Assembly: GCA_002427425.1 (NCBI GenBank) | Contig: DIRA01000027.1 | Location: 6,790-70,789, forward strand | Length of the DNA: 64,000 nucleotides | Reading direction: 5' to 3' | DNA from: Clostridiales bacterium UBA5448 | Lineage (GTDB): Bacteria > Bacillota > Clostridia > Oscillospirales > SIG627 | In this document: positions 9,822 through 20,585 of the stretch, one piece after another | How the letters are laid out: every line of letters starts with the position of its first letter | How positions within the stretch are numbered: the first letter of the stretch is position 1 | Program-made: the position numbers and the translations under genes | Notes under the pieces: model-generated | Seen by the model: only the letters and a program-made list of their open reading frames with translations | Told to the model about the DNA's origin: nothing | Databases searched by the model: none

Positions 9822-11681
9822 TTAGTTTTTGGTTCCCGCGTAATAAATGCGTTTGTAGGAAGTATAGGCAAAGGGGGGATATGGTAATCTTTTTTCCGCC
9901 AGATCATCCAAAGATTCCAATTCGCCGTTGAGATAGGCGTTGATACGGTAAGTGGCCGATTCGCATCGGTTGACCAATCCGCCGTACCGTATATCCATTT
10001 CTACCCAACCGAACACTTTTTTGTGGGCGTACCACAAAGCGCGGTCAAGCTTTCTGATGTTCTCGGCTTTTTCGGCAATGGCGGGAAAGTATTCGTTGGC
10101 GGCTTGATACAGGAAATCTCTGTCGTTGTTGGCATAGGCAATGGTCAGACGTTCCGCCACAAAGCACTTTAATGACATCAGATCCATGAGAACCGAAGCC
10201 AATTCGCACTGTTTGGCATAGGGGTTGTCGGGGGTGACCCTCAGAGCCAATTTGTCCGCATATTTTCTGTAATGCTCCGACATGGGACGATGCTGCAAAT
10301 CATAGTCAAACTGCCCTTCCATCACATCGCTCCACAAGCATTTTCTGGCGATAACGCGAGCGGGGAACCCAGTATACCGGGTATCTTCTTCAAACATATT
10401 GATGTATTGACCCATATCCATGAAATCCTGGGCATTGCCGCCGGTACAGACTTCAAACCGTTCTGCCACATGCGCAAAAGATGGCTCGGTATTGTACAGC
10501 CATTCGGCGGTATGCTGCATGGCCAGTAAAGAGGAGTAGGGATCCATTTCCGCACCGCTGTTTCCCCAGAGGGTCGTCATGAATTCATACACCTTATGTT
10601 CTCGGCAGGCTTTGATGCCCGCTTCGGTGGAAAGGATGGAGAAACGAATTTCGGGAAAGTGACCGAACCAACAGGAAATACCGCCGGCATAAATGATATG
10701 ACGGTTCAATTCTTTGTGCATGTTTAACATATAATTGTCGCATCCTGGGCGGGTACCGTAATGCCAGAACACCAAATCCACATCGGTGGGAATGGCTTCT
10801 TTTACGTGAGCGGGGATCACGGAATCCTTGGCATAGTAATCATCATATGCGTTGCCCAGGCGGAAGAACATATCGCTCCAGATCATGGGTTGAAGGCCCA
10901 TTTGGCGGGTGATTTCCATGACGCGGTTCAAATGCCCCGTGAAAATATCGAACCGATTTACAAATCCGTTCTTTCTCATGTATGCGCCTGTACCCATATC
11001 CATGGTTTCGTCCATGCCGATATGAATCCGTTTGGAGCGGAAGGGGGCGGAAGCAGCCCGCAGGCACTGTTCAATGAATGCATAGGTTTTTTCTTCTCCC
11101 GCCAAAAGAACGCTGGAAGTATCCTTGATGGGATTGGCTTCATTCCACTGAAAATAGACCTCTAAGTGACCATATACCTGAATGCAGGGGGTCATTTCAA
11201 TGCCTAGCATATCGGCGTAGTCATCGCAGGCTTTCAGTTCGTCATAGGTATAACGACCGCGCAGATAGCCAAAATAGGGTTTTTCGGGAACGGTATACGT
11301 ATCTTCCGTGTACATCATGGCAAAGTTATATCCCATGAGCGCCAGAATTCTCAAATAATGCCGGATGGTTTTGACTGTCCACACCGCATTGCGGGAAGCG
11401 TCGATCATGACACCTACCATGGTAAATGGCGTATCTTCGTGTACAGAAAACGAGCTTTCTTTTTTAGCGTGTTGGACAAACAAGCTTAAAGCACGGAAGA
11501 AAAGATGTTTTCTGCCGCAGACGATTTTACCTTTTCCTTGTTCCAGGGATACGGTGATTCCTTCGCCCCAAGCAAATTCCACAGGAATGCCCCGGACGGA
11601 CTCTTCGATCTTCAAAAGGGGGGCAACTTCGTTTAATCCCGGTCGAAATGCATCGGGTAAATCTACAAAATGCAGCTTCAT
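9822..11681 (-). CDS. Glycoside hydrolase family 20-like beta-N-acetylhexosaminidase (paralog 1)
   Basis: MKLHFVDLPDAF..., MIDASRNAV, catalytic-pair context RIHIGMDET. Start set at 11681 (AAAAGGAGAAAAAC upstream). Clearly paralogous to the next gene. Confidence 0.75.
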   Translation of the reverse strand: MKLHFVDLPDAFRPGLNEVAPLLKIEESVRGIPVEFAWGEGITVSLEQGKGKIVCGRKHLFFRALSLFVQHAKKESSFSVHEDTPFTMVGVMIDASRNAVWTVKTIRHYLRILALMGYNFAMMYTEDTYTVPEKPYFGYLRGRYTYDELKACDDYADMLGIEMTPCIQVYGHLEVYFQWNEANPIKDTSSVLLAGEEKTYAFIEQCLRAASAPFRSKRIHIGMDETMDMGTGAYMRKNGFVNRFDIFTGHLNRVMEITRQMGLQPMIWSDMFFRLGNAYDDYYAKDSVIPAHVKEAIPTDVDLVFWHYGTRPGCDNYMLNMHKELNRHIIYAGGISCWFGHFPEIRFSILSTEAGIKACREHKVYEFMTTLWGNSGAEMDPYSSLLAMQHTAEWLYNTEPSFAHVAERFEVCTGGNAQDFMDMGQYINMFEEDTRYTGFPARVIARKCLWSDVMEGQFDYDLQHRPMSEHYRKYADKLALRVTPDNPYAKQCELASVLMDLMSLKCFVAERLTIAYANNDRDFLYQAANEYFPAIAEKAENIRKLDRALWYAHKKVFGWVEMDIRYGGLVNRCESATYRINAYLNGELESLDDLAEKRLPYPPFAYTSYKRIYYAGTKN

Positions 11682-11700
11682 GTTTTTCTCCTTTTGTTTA

Positions 11701-13554
11701 TTATACAATGCCGGCTCGGGCATATTGGGCATATACAGCGAAACCGGAACAGGGGAAGTTCAGACGAGGTTCTTCCAGTTCTTCCAGGTTGTCAAGTTCC
11801 CCGTTTAGATAAGAATGCAGTCGTTCGGCGGCGGTGATACAGCGGGAACGCATGCCGCCATAGCGCACATCTTGGGTGCACCAACCAAAGATTTTTCGGT
11901 TGGATTGCCACATTTTCTTGTCTATTTCCTGCATTTGAGCAAGCATGTTTTCCAAGCGCGGAAAATGAACGTCGGCCGCTTCCCGCAGGAATTCTTTATT
12001 GCCGTTGACATATGCGGGAACCAGACGCTCGGCGAGGAAGGTCTTTAATGCCAGCAAGGAGAACATCTGATAGGCCTGTTGGTACAGGTTTTGCCATCTG
12101 TCACCGGAATGTATATACGCTTTGAGCCGTTTGGCATATTGTTCGTAATGATCGGAAAGGGGATTGTCAAATAAACGTTTGTCCAGAAGTCCTTCCATGG
12201 GATCGTTCCAGAGAACTTTTTTCCCCATGAATCGCTCGCCGAAGGTTTTGTATTCCACCCCTTCCTGGAATCGGTTTTGGTACTGGGTCATATCCCAGAA
12301 GGCCTCAAAAGAGGCGCCGGTGCAGGCTTCAAAACGGGCTTTGACCTCTTCGTCGGAATACCCGTCCCGATAGCACATTTCCGCGGTGTATTGGAGTCCT
12401 AACAGGGGGGCGAAGGGATCGCATTCATGGCCGTCGTTGCCCCAGATGGTCATCATGAATTCTTTCACGCCCTTTGCCTTGCAGGCTTTAACGGCAAGTT
12501 CAGTGTTTTCCACCGCATAGTGAAGCTCGGGATAGTGTCCTTGCCAGGTCCATAAACCGCCGGCAAAAATGATGGGTCTGTTCATTTCCTTACACTTATC
12601 CAGCATATAGTCGTCACAGCCCTTGGATTCACCGTAATGCCAGTAAACCAGTTCCACATGGGCAGGAATCTTTTCTTTGACTTCATCGGAAATCACAATG
12701 TTTGGATCATAAAATGCAAGTCCGGAGGAGGAACACACCCGGAAGAACATGTCACACCACATCATGGCACGCAGACCTAATTTGTCCACAATGTTCATGA
12801 CACGGTTCAAATGGTCGATGAAAATTTTAAAGGTAGGGGTGAACCCGTTTTTCTTCAAATACTGACCCAAGCCTAAATCCCAAGCTTCATCCATACCGAT
12901 GTGAATGCGCTTGGAGCGGAAGGGGGCACTGGCGGCTTTCATCATTTGTTCAATGAATTCATATGTTTTTTCACTGCCGGCTAATAATACCTGGGGAGTA
13001 TCTTTCACCGAGCCGGCTTCACCCCAGCGGAGGTACTGCGCCATATGTCCCATGGCCTGGACACAGGGGATCATTTCAATGCCCAGCATATCGGCATAGT
13101 CGTCACAGGCTTTCAATTCCTCATAGGTATAACGGCCCCGCATGTATCCAAAATACGGGCGGCCGGGAATTTCATAGGTTTCTTCGGTATACATCATGAT
13201 CATGTTGTATCCCATGAGAGCAAGAAAACCGGTGAAATCTTGGATGGCTTCCACTGTCATCACCGCGTTTCGGGAAGCGTCGATCATCACGCTGACGGTT
13301 TCAAACGCAGGCGTTTCCCGGATGGAAAAATCTTTACCGCCATGCTGTACCAAAAGACTCAACGCGCGGAAAAAGAGATGTTTCTTTTCAAATACCAAGT
13401 TAGCTTTTCCGTTTTCTTGAGAAACAGAAATGCCGCTACCATAGTTGGCTTCCACAGGTAAACCATCTGCGGACAGTTCAATTTTTAACTTTGGGGCGAT
13501 TGCTGTAAGGCCTTCACGCAATTCTTCCGGAAGGGATGTAAAATGTAGTTTCAT
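11701..13554 (-). CDS. Glycoside hydrolase family 20-like beta-N-acetylhexosaminidase (paralog 2)
   Basis: MKLHFTSLPEEL..., MIDASRNAV, RIHIGMDEA. Collinear similarity to 9822..11681 along the whole length. Only 19 nt separate the two genes. Confidence 0.75.
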   Translation of the reverse strand: MKLHFTSLPEELREGLTAIAPKLKIELSADGLPVEANYGSGISVSQENGKANLVFEKKHLFFRALSLLVQHGGKDFSIRETPAFETVSVMIDASRNAVMTVEAIQDFTGFLALMGYNMIMMYTEETYEIPGRPYFGYMRGRYTYEELKACDDYADMLGIEMIPCVQAMGHMAQYLRWGEAGSVKDTPQVLLAGSEKTYEFIEQMMKAASAPFRSKRIHIGMDEAWDLGLGQYLKKNGFTPTFKIFIDHLNRVMNIVDKLGLRAMMWCDMFFRVCSSSGLAFYDPNIVISDEVKEKIPAHVELVYWHYGESKGCDDYMLDKCKEMNRPIIFAGGLWTWQGHYPELHYAVENTELAVKACKAKGVKEFMMTIWGNDGHECDPFAPLLGLQYTAEMCYRDGYSDEEVKARFEACTGASFEAFWDMTQYQNRFQEGVEYKTFGERFMGKKVLWNDPMEGLLDKRLFDNPLSDHYEQYAKRLKAYIHSGDRWQNLYQQAYQMFSLLALKTFLAERLVPAYVNGNKEFLREAADVHFPRLENMLAQMQEIDKKMWQSNRKIFGWCTQDVRYGGMRSRCITAAERLHSYLNGELDNLEELEEPRLNFPCSGFAVYAQYARAGIV

Positions 13555-13739
13555 CGTGTACCTCCAAAATGTATGAATCTACAAAACATGGTATCATCTC
13601 CCATGAAAAAAAGCAAGCGTATTGGGATAAATTTACGGTATTTTAGATATGAATCACATATGTTTTTGTAAAAAAGAAAAAACTCCTTTGTTTTATAAAG
13701 AGATCGGACTATTTTGACGTGATTTTTTCCAGAAAGGAG

Positions 13740-13753
13740 CTGAATAAATTCAG
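13740..13753. promoter_or_regulatory. Perfect 14-bp palindrome CTGAAT-AA-ATTCAG in a divergent promoter region (candidate operator)
   Basis: Read directly from the sequence between the GH20 operon (minus strand) and the aldolase gene (plus strand). Confidence 0.25.
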
Positions 13754-13839
13754 TTGTTAAAAATGTACAAAAATTTTATTTGACATTTGGTTAAAAAGAT
13801 GATATCCTGGAATTGAAAAATGTATTGGAGGACACTGGT

Positions 13840-14523
13840 ATGCTTTATATGATCGATACTGCCAACACGGATTCCATTCGTCGCTGTGTGGATACATTCC
13901 CGATTGACGGGGTGACCACCAACCCCACCCTTGTTGCAAAAGAGAAAACGTCTTTTTTGTCGTTAACGCAGACCATTCGGCAGATTATCGGAGACGAAAG
14001 AATGCTGCATATTCAGGTCACCGCCAACGAGTTTGAAAAGATCGTCCAAGAGGCAAAAGAACTTCAAAACTTTCTGGGTGGGAATTTATATATCAAAATT
14101 CCAATATCCAAAGAGGGACTACAAGCCGCCATGGCATTAAAACGCATGGGCATGAAGGTGACCATGACCGCCATTTTTACCCAGCAGCAGGCGTTGATGG
14201 CCGCCAAAGCTGGCGCGGATTTTGTGGCACCCTATGTAAACCGCTTAGATAACATTGTGTCTGACGGGGTCAACGTGGTGTCTGAAATCGTGGAGTTGTT
14301 CAACTATTATCAAATATCATCCAAAGTTCTTGCCGCCAGTTTTAAAAATGTAGAGCAGGTTCATAAAACTTCCATGGCCGGCGCCCATGCGGTGACCGTC
14401 AACCCCGAAATTCTGGAATCCCTGATTTATCACCCATTAACTTTCTGCGCCATAGACGATTTTACGGCAGACTGGAAAACCGCGTACGGCAACCAAACGA
14501 TTCTAAATATGTTTCGGCAATAA
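13840..14523 (+). CDS. Transaldolase-family protein, fructose-6-phosphate aldolase/TalC type
   Basis: IDGVTTNPTLV, Schiff-base lysine context LYIKIPIS, length about 227 aa. GGAGGA lies before the ATG at 13840. Confidence 0.85.
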   Translation: MLYMIDTANTDSIRRCVDTFPIDGVTTNPTLVAKEKTSFLSLTQTIRQIIGDERMLHIQVTANEFEKIVQEAKELQNFLGGNLYIKIPISKEGLQAAMALKRMGMKVTMTAIFTQQQALMAAKAGADFVAPYVNRLDNIVSDGVNVVSEIVELFNYYQISSKVLAASFKNVEQVHKTSMAGAHAVTVNPEILESLIYHPLTFCAIDDFTADWKTAYGNQTILNMFRQ

Positions 14524-14557
14524 AGATCATGACCGCCTTTTGGCGGTCATGATCTTT
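14522..14557. terminator. Bidirectional terminator (16-bp perfect stem)
   Basis: aaagatcatgaccgcc-tttt-ggcggtcatgatcttt. It overlaps the stop codon of the minus-strand gene. Confidence 0.8.
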
Positions 14558-17500
14558 ATGCTTCGGAAGATATCATTTCAACAACGGGGGAGGCCAGAAT
14601 GCCGGTTGGACGCACCTGATATTCATAGCTCCAGTTTTCTCCGGTGGTATACCACATGGCGGGAGAACAGTAGGTGATGGCAGGGTTGGCGTTGTGCAGG
14701 GCGCCAAAGGTGTTATAGCGGTTTCCGAAATACTTGATCTCCAGAATGTGTTTTCCTGCTTTGACCCCCTTGATGGAGAGGCGGTAGGGAGAGTAGACGA
14801 TATGGCCTTGTTCCTTGCCGTCCAAATAGACTTTCAGTAAGGCACCCCGATAGTGATTGGCACGGACCGCCAGATCACAATCAGGCACTTCTATGGGCAT
14901 GGTATAAGTTAGATTCCCACCGTAGAAGGGCATGCCTTGGGATGTGATGGACGAAAAACCAAGGGTACGGGTGGGAGGCAGAACAGTTTTTTCACAACCT
15001 CGAAGCGATACGTCAAAATCACCCAGCAAATAGCAATATTCCGTGGAAATGCGTTCGGTGAGGGGAAAGATGAGCTCCAACAGGTTTTCCCCTTTTTTCA
15101 AGGGGGGCAAGGAGAGGGTTTTGTTATCCATGTCGACAAAATATCCCTCATATATAACGGGGAATGGTTCGCCGTTGAGCGTACCCGAAAGGAGTTCTTC
15201 ACATGCCAAACGGGGGGAAGCCACTTCGCATTGAGAGGGGATGACAAAACGAACTGTCACCGTATTTCGCACCGGATTATCGGGGATGACCCAAGGCTGT
15301 GCGCCGTCTCCGTCCGCCCCGGGAAAACCGAGGATTTTTCTGCAAGCCAAATCGATGCGGAGCAGTTCTTCTTCCGGCTGCCAATCCCCGTCATTTAATT
15401 TCCACTGTCCCAAGTCCAGAATATATACGTTGTCTTCTTCCCGTGTGTAGGAAACAGGTTGCTTCCATTCTATCCGGCCAATCACGGGACGGGGGGTGGC
15501 GGGGGCGGCAAATACCTTGTCTGTTTTGCCCGGATTCAACCGGAAGAGGATGCTGTCATGGCCATGGATGAGATAGGGAATCACCGTATTGCCGTTTTGA
15601 TAAAGGCAGGGAAATTCCGCGATGTTTCCGGTCAGGGTATCATAAAGAACGGGTGTATGTTCTCCTTGGATGGTGATCTGTATGTGGCGGGGGGGGATGA
15701 CTTCCTTATGAGGAGGTTTTTTTCCGTTGGCAATAAAAACCCAGTGATGATTCCCGTCCCGGCGTAGCTGGTAAAGGTATTGGTTTGCGGGCATACCGTT
15801 GGTCTGCCGGATGGAAATGACTTTTTCCGGTTCTACTTCTTGCATGATGGATGTGTGAGTAAAGGGAATGGTTATGCAGCGGGAAGCCAGTTTTTTGGCT
15901 CTATCGGAGGGAAGGGCATTTTCAAGAAAGGGAATTTCCCCGGCGAATATGATTTTTCCGCCCCGGGAAGCAAAGGATTCCAAGGCGTCCAATGTGGTGG
16001 AACGGATGGTTTTCATGGGGGGAAGAAGAATGATCTCGTAAGACATTTCACCCACCGTAAAGCCTTTGCCTTCTTTGTATAAGGAGGGTAAAATGGATTC
16101 GCTAATAAAATCAAAATCATTTTGACTGTATAGCAGCCATTCGGTGATCTTTTCAAAGTTGTGTTCCATTTCATCTTTCAGTTCCCCGCTGGATTGGGTA
16201 TCCCCGTGAGCCAGCCAGAAAGATTCGATGGGGTGAATCACCCCTAGCTTCACCACCGGTTTACCCCGGGTCATGACGGTGTTGATTCGGGCAAAATGGT
16301 CTTCCACATACGCATATTCTTTATACCAGGGAGATTGGTAGCCGATGCAGGCGGGATAGTCTCGTTTGGCGGATCCTTTCATGGAAGCCCAGGTTAAATG
16401 GTGGACACGAATGGAAACGCCCAGTGCCGCCTGCCAGTCGCCCTGAAATTTATGTCCCCGAAAATCATAATCCCAGTCGGTGACACCGTACAGTTCCGAC
16501 AGCATGCCCTCTCTGCCGTATTGATGGACAGCGGACTGACACTGTTTGGCGGTGGTAAGCTCCATGCGTTCGCAGAGAATATCAATTCCCGGCAGCTGAA
16601 AACCCCGGTATGCACGCATGGTTTCCCCAATAGAACGAGTCTGGCTGCCTAAACTGAATTCATCCATCATGTGTCCTGTCAAAGGCAGGTTGTTATTTTC
16701 ACACCACTGATAGCAGTTATCCATAAATGCCAGGTTAAAGCGTTCGCATACATGATCGTGGAACAAATACCGGGGACGGGAGAATGGGGTGCCGGGTATA
16801 TTGTAATACAGTTGTGGGAGAATGTCCTTCAATGTATAGCCAGTGGCTGCTTTATAAGTTTCGGGCAGGTCCGTAGTCCAGGGTGCATAAGCCGTTTGAG
16901 AGGAAAAAGGTGTGGGCAAACACACAAAAGGACGGAACAGGGGTTCGTCGGTGAAAATGGCGGGATGGGTGGTCCCGAATTTGTTCCCAACATGCTTTTT
17001 ATAGGTTTCATAGGTAATGTCAATGAATGCATCCATCGCCTCTTTGGATAAGGTATCCACATGGGTTTGAAAATTATAACGGGGTGAAGGCTGGGTTGCC
17101 ATGATGTAGGCATAGCGTTTTTTGCCCATGGCAACATCGTTTTCATCGATAATTTTACAGGAGATCATTTCCCCTTTGTCATTGAGAACAATGTCATAAC
17201 AAGCAAACAGATACGTCTTGCCCTTTTGGATGGCTTCTTCTTTGGGAAGAGCTTCCATTTTTTGTTCGGTAAACACCAAGGATTTTTGACGGTACACGGG
17301 GTTTTTGGTCACCAGTCCCCCGGCAAATCCGGAAGGCCAGCGGTCTTCGTCATACAGCCATGCCAACATGCCTTCTTTTTCAGCTATTTCTTGGCATACA
17401 CGGATCAACGCCATGAATTCATCGGATAAATAGGGCGTATACAGGCCGGAACGGGGATGCATGTGGAATCCCCCCAGACCCATGGCCTTCATATCCTTAA

Positions 17501-17630
17501 TTTCTTTTTCCAAAAGTTCTTTAGTCAAAACACAGTTCCATGCCCAGAATGGCGCACCTCTGTATTCGCAAGTGGGATTTTGAAAAAGCAAGGGAGATAT
17601 TTGTTTTTCTTGATTTTTTGGGTACAACAT
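14556..17630 (-). CDS. Large cytoplasmic glycoside hydrolase, family uncertain (N-terminal pattern resembles GH106-like / GH2-like enzymes)
   Basis: 1024 aa with no signal peptide. The N-terminal RGAPFWAWN...MGLGGFHMHPRSGL is a pattern I associate with large glycosidases. The C-terminal part looks like beta-sandwich modules. The gene sits in a glycan-catabolic neighbourhood. Confidence 0.5.
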   Translation of the reverse strand: MLYPKNQEKQISPLLFQNPTCEYRGAPFWAWNCVLTKELLEKEIKDMKAMGLGGFHMHPRSGLYTPYLSDEFMALIRVCQEIAEKEGMLAWLYDEDRWPSGFAGGLVTKNPVYRQKSLVFTEQKMEALPKEEAIQKGKTYLFACYDIVLNDKGEMISCKIIDENDVAMGKKRYAYIMATQPSPRYNFQTHVDTLSKEAMDAFIDITYETYKKHVGNKFGTTHPAIFTDEPLFRPFVCLPTPFSSQTAYAPWTTDLPETYKAATGYTLKDILPQLYYNIPGTPFSRPRYLFHDHVCERFNLAFMDNCYQWCENNNLPLTGHMMDEFSLGSQTRSIGETMRAYRGFQLPGIDILCERMELTTAKQCQSAVHQYGREGMLSELYGVTDWDYDFRGHKFQGDWQAALGVSIRVHHLTWASMKGSAKRDYPACIGYQSPWYKEYAYVEDHFARINTVMTRGKPVVKLGVIHPIESFWLAHGDTQSSGELKDEMEHNFEKITEWLLYSQNDFDFISESILPSLYKEGKGFTVGEMSYEIILLPPMKTIRSTTLDALESFASRGGKIIFAGEIPFLENALPSDRAKKLASRCITIPFTHTSIMQEVEPEKVISIRQTNGMPANQYLYQLRRDGNHHWVFIANGKKPPHKEVIPPRHIQITIQGEHTPVLYDTLTGNIAEFPCLYQNGNTVIPYLIHGHDSILFRLNPGKTDKVFAAPATPRPVIGRIEWKQPVSYTREEDNVYILDLGQWKLNDGDWQPEEELLRIDLACRKILGFPGADGDGAQPWVIPDNPVRNTVTVRFVIPSQCEVASPRLACEELLSGTLNGEPFPVIYEGYFVDMDNKTLSLPPLKKGENLLELIFPLTERISTEYCYLLGDFDVSLRGCEKTVLPPTRTLGFSSITSQGMPFYGGNLTYTMPIEVPDCDLAVRANHYRGALLKVYLDGKEQGHIVYSPYRLSIKGVKAGKHILEIKYFGNRYNTFGALHNANPAITYCSPAMWYTTGENWSYEYQVRPTGILASPVVEMISSEA

Positions 17631-17711
17631 GCGATCGCCTCCTTGCTTTTCATTATATCTCCATGGTATGATAAATCAACGGTGTGTTTTTATGATTTGG
17701 GGGTATATTTT

Positions 17712-18578
17712 ATGAAAATTTTAGAAGGGCATATTAAAAAAGAAGAAAACATCGGCATCCAAATTTGTAATTCACCCCGATCCCCATCCCACGGCCATGC
17801 TTTTCTGGAAATGGTTTATATCATGGAAAAATCCGGGGAAAGCTGGGTGGATGGGAACAAAACCATTGTCCATCCGGGGGATTATTTTTTGGTGGACTAC
17901 GGTTCCACCCATGCCTACGCCGCGCTGGAGGGAAATACCTTTCCCATCTATAATTGTTTATTTGAACCGGAATTCATCGACCGTTCTTTGGCGGGCTGCA
18001 AACATTTACAGCAGTTGTTAAATCATTATCTCATTCGATTTCGGGACGAAATGCTCCACGGCAATCCAGCCAGGCACGTTTTTCATGATGAAGACGGGCA
18101 AATTGGGCGAATACTCAACAAAATGAAAAATGAGTTTGACAAGAAAAAACCGGGATATCTGGAAATTCTTCGTGCCAATCTCATAGAAATTCTGATTCTT
18201 ACCATGCGCCAAATCAGTTTGATGGATGCAAACAGGCAGTACGAGCGGTATGCCGCCTATGTGCAAAAATATGTACGGGAACAGTATATGCATAAAATCA
18301 CGTTGGGGGATGCCGCCAAAGAGCTACATGTTTCCTTACCCTATTTAAGCATGGTTTTTTCTCGGGAAACGGGGTGTTCCTTTTCCTCTTATGTGCAAAA
18401 AATCCGTATTGAGCAAAGCTGCCGGCTTCTTGCCAATACCCGGGATAAGATCATTGATATTGCTTTGGCTGTGGGTTATTCGGATGTGAAGTTTTTTTAT
18501 ACGGTGTTTAAAAGACAAGTAAAAATGTCCCCCCTGCAGTTTAGAAAAACCATCCGAAGGGAGAACATATTACCGTAA
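17712..18578 (+). CDS. AraC-family transcriptional regulator (cupin N-terminal domain plus HTH)
   Basis: Cupin-like GDYFLVDYGSTHAY. C-terminal AraC HTH (ITLGDAAKELHVSLPYLSMVFSRETG...IALAVGYSDVKFFYTVFKR). Start set at ATG 17712; the longer ORF-track start would overlap the divergent gene. Confidence 0.85.
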   Translation: MKILEGHIKKEENIGIQICNSPRSPSHGHAFLEMVYIMEKSGESWVDGNKTIVHPGDYFLVDYGSTHAYAALEGNTFPIYNCLFEPEFIDRSLAGCKHLQQLLNHYLIRFRDEMLHGNPARHVFHDEDGQIGRILNKMKNEFDKKKPGYLEILRANLIEILILTMRQISLMDANRQYERYAAYVQKYVREQYMHKITLGDAAKELHVSLPYLSMVFSRETGCSFSSYVQKIRIEQSCRLLANTRDKIIDIALAVGYSDVKFFYTVFKRQVKMSPLQFRKTIRRENILP

Positions 18579-18596
18579 GTGTATCATAGTACCGAC

Positions 18597-20585
18597 TTAT
18601 GAAATTATAGAAGCAATTCGGTATACAACGAAAGCGGTGATCCATGCCACCATGCATTGGAAAACGACCATCCCAAAGGTTTTCATGCCAGAATGCAGTT
18701 CTTTTTTCATGGTTGCCACGGCGGCGACACAGGGGGTATACAACAACGTGAAGGTGAGGAAGGACAAAGCGGTTAGGGGGGTAAACAAAGAAGGGAGGGA
18801 GAGGTTTCCCAGTAATACGTTCAGGGTGCTGACCACCGCTTCTTTGGCAGTAAAACCGCTGATAAGGGCGGTGGCAATTCGCCAGTCTCCGAATCCCAGG
18901 GGGACAAAGAGGGGAGAGATCCATTTCCCCAGTACTGCTAGAATGCTGTTTGCGCTGTCATGGACCAGATTCAGCCGAATGTCAAAGGATTGCAAAAACC
19001 AAATGATGACAGTGGCAAGAAAAATCACCGTAAAGGCTTTTTGCAAAAAACTCCTAGCTTTTTCCCACATTAATATCAACGTGGATTTCAAAGAGGGCAG
19101 ACGGTAAGGGGGCAGTTCCATGACAAAGGGAATGGGTTTGCCCTGAAACAGGGTTTTCTTAGTGAGCAGCGCCACCAATACCGCCACCACCATGCCGCCG
19201 AAATACAATCCCGTCATGACCAAAGCGGCGTAACGGGGAAAAAAAGAGGCGCAGAATAGGGTATAAATGGGAATTTTAGCGGTGCAACTCATATAGGGAA
19301 TTAACAGAATGGTTAGCTTTTTGTCCCGTTCCGAGGAGAGGGTGCGGGTCGCCATGATGGCAGGGACCGAACAGCCGAACCCCAAGAGCATGGGGACGAA
19401 GCTTTTGCCCGACAGCCCGATTTTCCGTAATAGTTTATCCATGAAAAACGCCACTCGCGCCATGTATCCCGTATCTTCCAGCAGAGAGAGAAAGAAGAAC
19501 AGCACCACGACGAGGGGGAGGAAACTGAGTACACTGCCCACGCCCGTAAAGATACCATCGATCACCAGTCCTTGCATCACGGGGTTAATATGAAAATCGG
19601 TCAATACGGCGTCCACCCAACCCGTCAAAGCATCGATACCCAATGAAAGCCAGCTCGAGAGGGTGTTGCCGATCCATCCGAAAGTGAGAAAGAATACGGT
19701 AAACATGATGAGAATGAACAGGGGGATGGCGAGAAATCGGTGGGTTAACACGTGATCCATGCGGTCGCTGCGTAGTTTTTCTTTGCTGATTTTGGGCTTT
19801 TTCACCGTATCTTTACAGATTTTTTCTATAAAGGCATAGCGCATGTCGGCGATGGCTTCATTCCGATCAAATCCCGTTTCCCGTTCCATTTCGATAACCG
19901 CATGCTCGATGAGTTCGATTTTGTTGGCATTGATACCCAGTCGGGATGCCATTTCATCTTCCCCTTCGATGAGGTGAATGGCGGCAAAACGGCGGGATAT
20001 CCCTGCTTTGCGGGCGTGATGCTCCACAATATGGGTAACGGCGTGGATACAGCGATGGACAGGTCCGTCATCGCAGATATCCCATTTTGAGGGGAATATT
20101 TTTTCCGATCCCACAAAGACGGCACGGTCCATCAGTTCGCTGATACCTTCGTTGTTGATGGCGGAAATGGGGACGATGGGGATTCCCAAAGCCCGGGACA
20201 ACTCCCGGATATTCACCGTTCCCCCGTTGTTGCGCACTTCGTCCATCATATTCAGTGCTAACACCATGGGAATGCCCAGTTCCATCAATTGCAGTGTCAA
20301 ATATAAATTGCGTTCCAAATTGGTGGCGTCGGCAATGTTGATGATGGCATCGGGTTTATGGTTGAGAATAAAATCACGGGTCACGATTTCTTCACCGGAA
20401 AAGGGGCGTAAGGAATATATCCCCGGTAAATCCACGATTTTTATTTTTCTATCGTTCTTTAAGAAACCTGTTTTGCTTTCCACTGTCACGCCGGGAAAGT
20501 TGCCAACATGCTGATTGGATCCGGTTAGTGCGTTGAACAAGGTGGTTTTTCCGGAGTTTTGATTGCCTACCAAAGCAAGTATCAT
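18597..20585 (-). CDS. feoB: Ferrous iron transporter FeoB
   Basis: N-terminal G domain ALVGNQNSGKTTLFNALTG...DLPGIYSL, followed by a polytopic membrane domain. Confidence 0.93.
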   Translation of the reverse strand: MILALVGNQNSGKTTLFNALTGSNQHVGNFPGVTVESKTGFLKNDRKIKIVDLPGIYSLRPFSGEEIVTRDFILNHKPDAIINIADATNLERNLYLTLQLMELGIPMVLALNMMDEVRNNGGTVNIRELSRALGIPIVPISAINNEGISELMDRAVFVGSEKIFPSKWDICDDGPVHRCIHAVTHIVEHHARKAGISRRFAAIHLIEGEDEMASRLGINANKIELIEHAVIEMERETGFDRNEAIADMRYAFIEKICKDTVKKPKISKEKLRSDRMDHVLTHRFLAIPLFILIMFTVFFLTFGWIGNTLSSWLSLGIDALTGWVDAVLTDFHINPVMQGLVIDGIFTGVGSVLSFLPLVVVLFFFLSLLEDTGYMARVAFFMDKLLRKIGLSGKSFVPMLLGFGCSVPAIMATRTLSSERDKKLTILLIPYMSCTAKIPIYTLFCASFFPRYAALVMTGLYFGGMVVAVLVALLTKKTLFQGKPIPFVMELPPYRLPSLKSTLILMWEKARSFLQKAFTVIFLATVIIWFLQSFDIRLNLVHDSANSILAVLGKWISPLFVPLGFGDWRIATALISGFTAKEAVVSTLNVLLGNLSLPSLFTPLTALSFLTFTLLYTPCVAAVATMKKELHSGMKTFGMVVFQCMVAWITAFVVYRIASIIS

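Noticed and set aside
17457-17711. Long N-terminal extension of the AraC ORF. Similar extensions occur at 6776-6829, 6994-7086, 13813-13839, 21947-22066, 33887-33910 and 40936-41064.
   Set aside because: The extensions overlap divergent genes or promoters and lack an RBS. Internal ATG, GTG or TTG codons with proper Shine-Dalgarno spacing and canonical protein N-termini were preferred.
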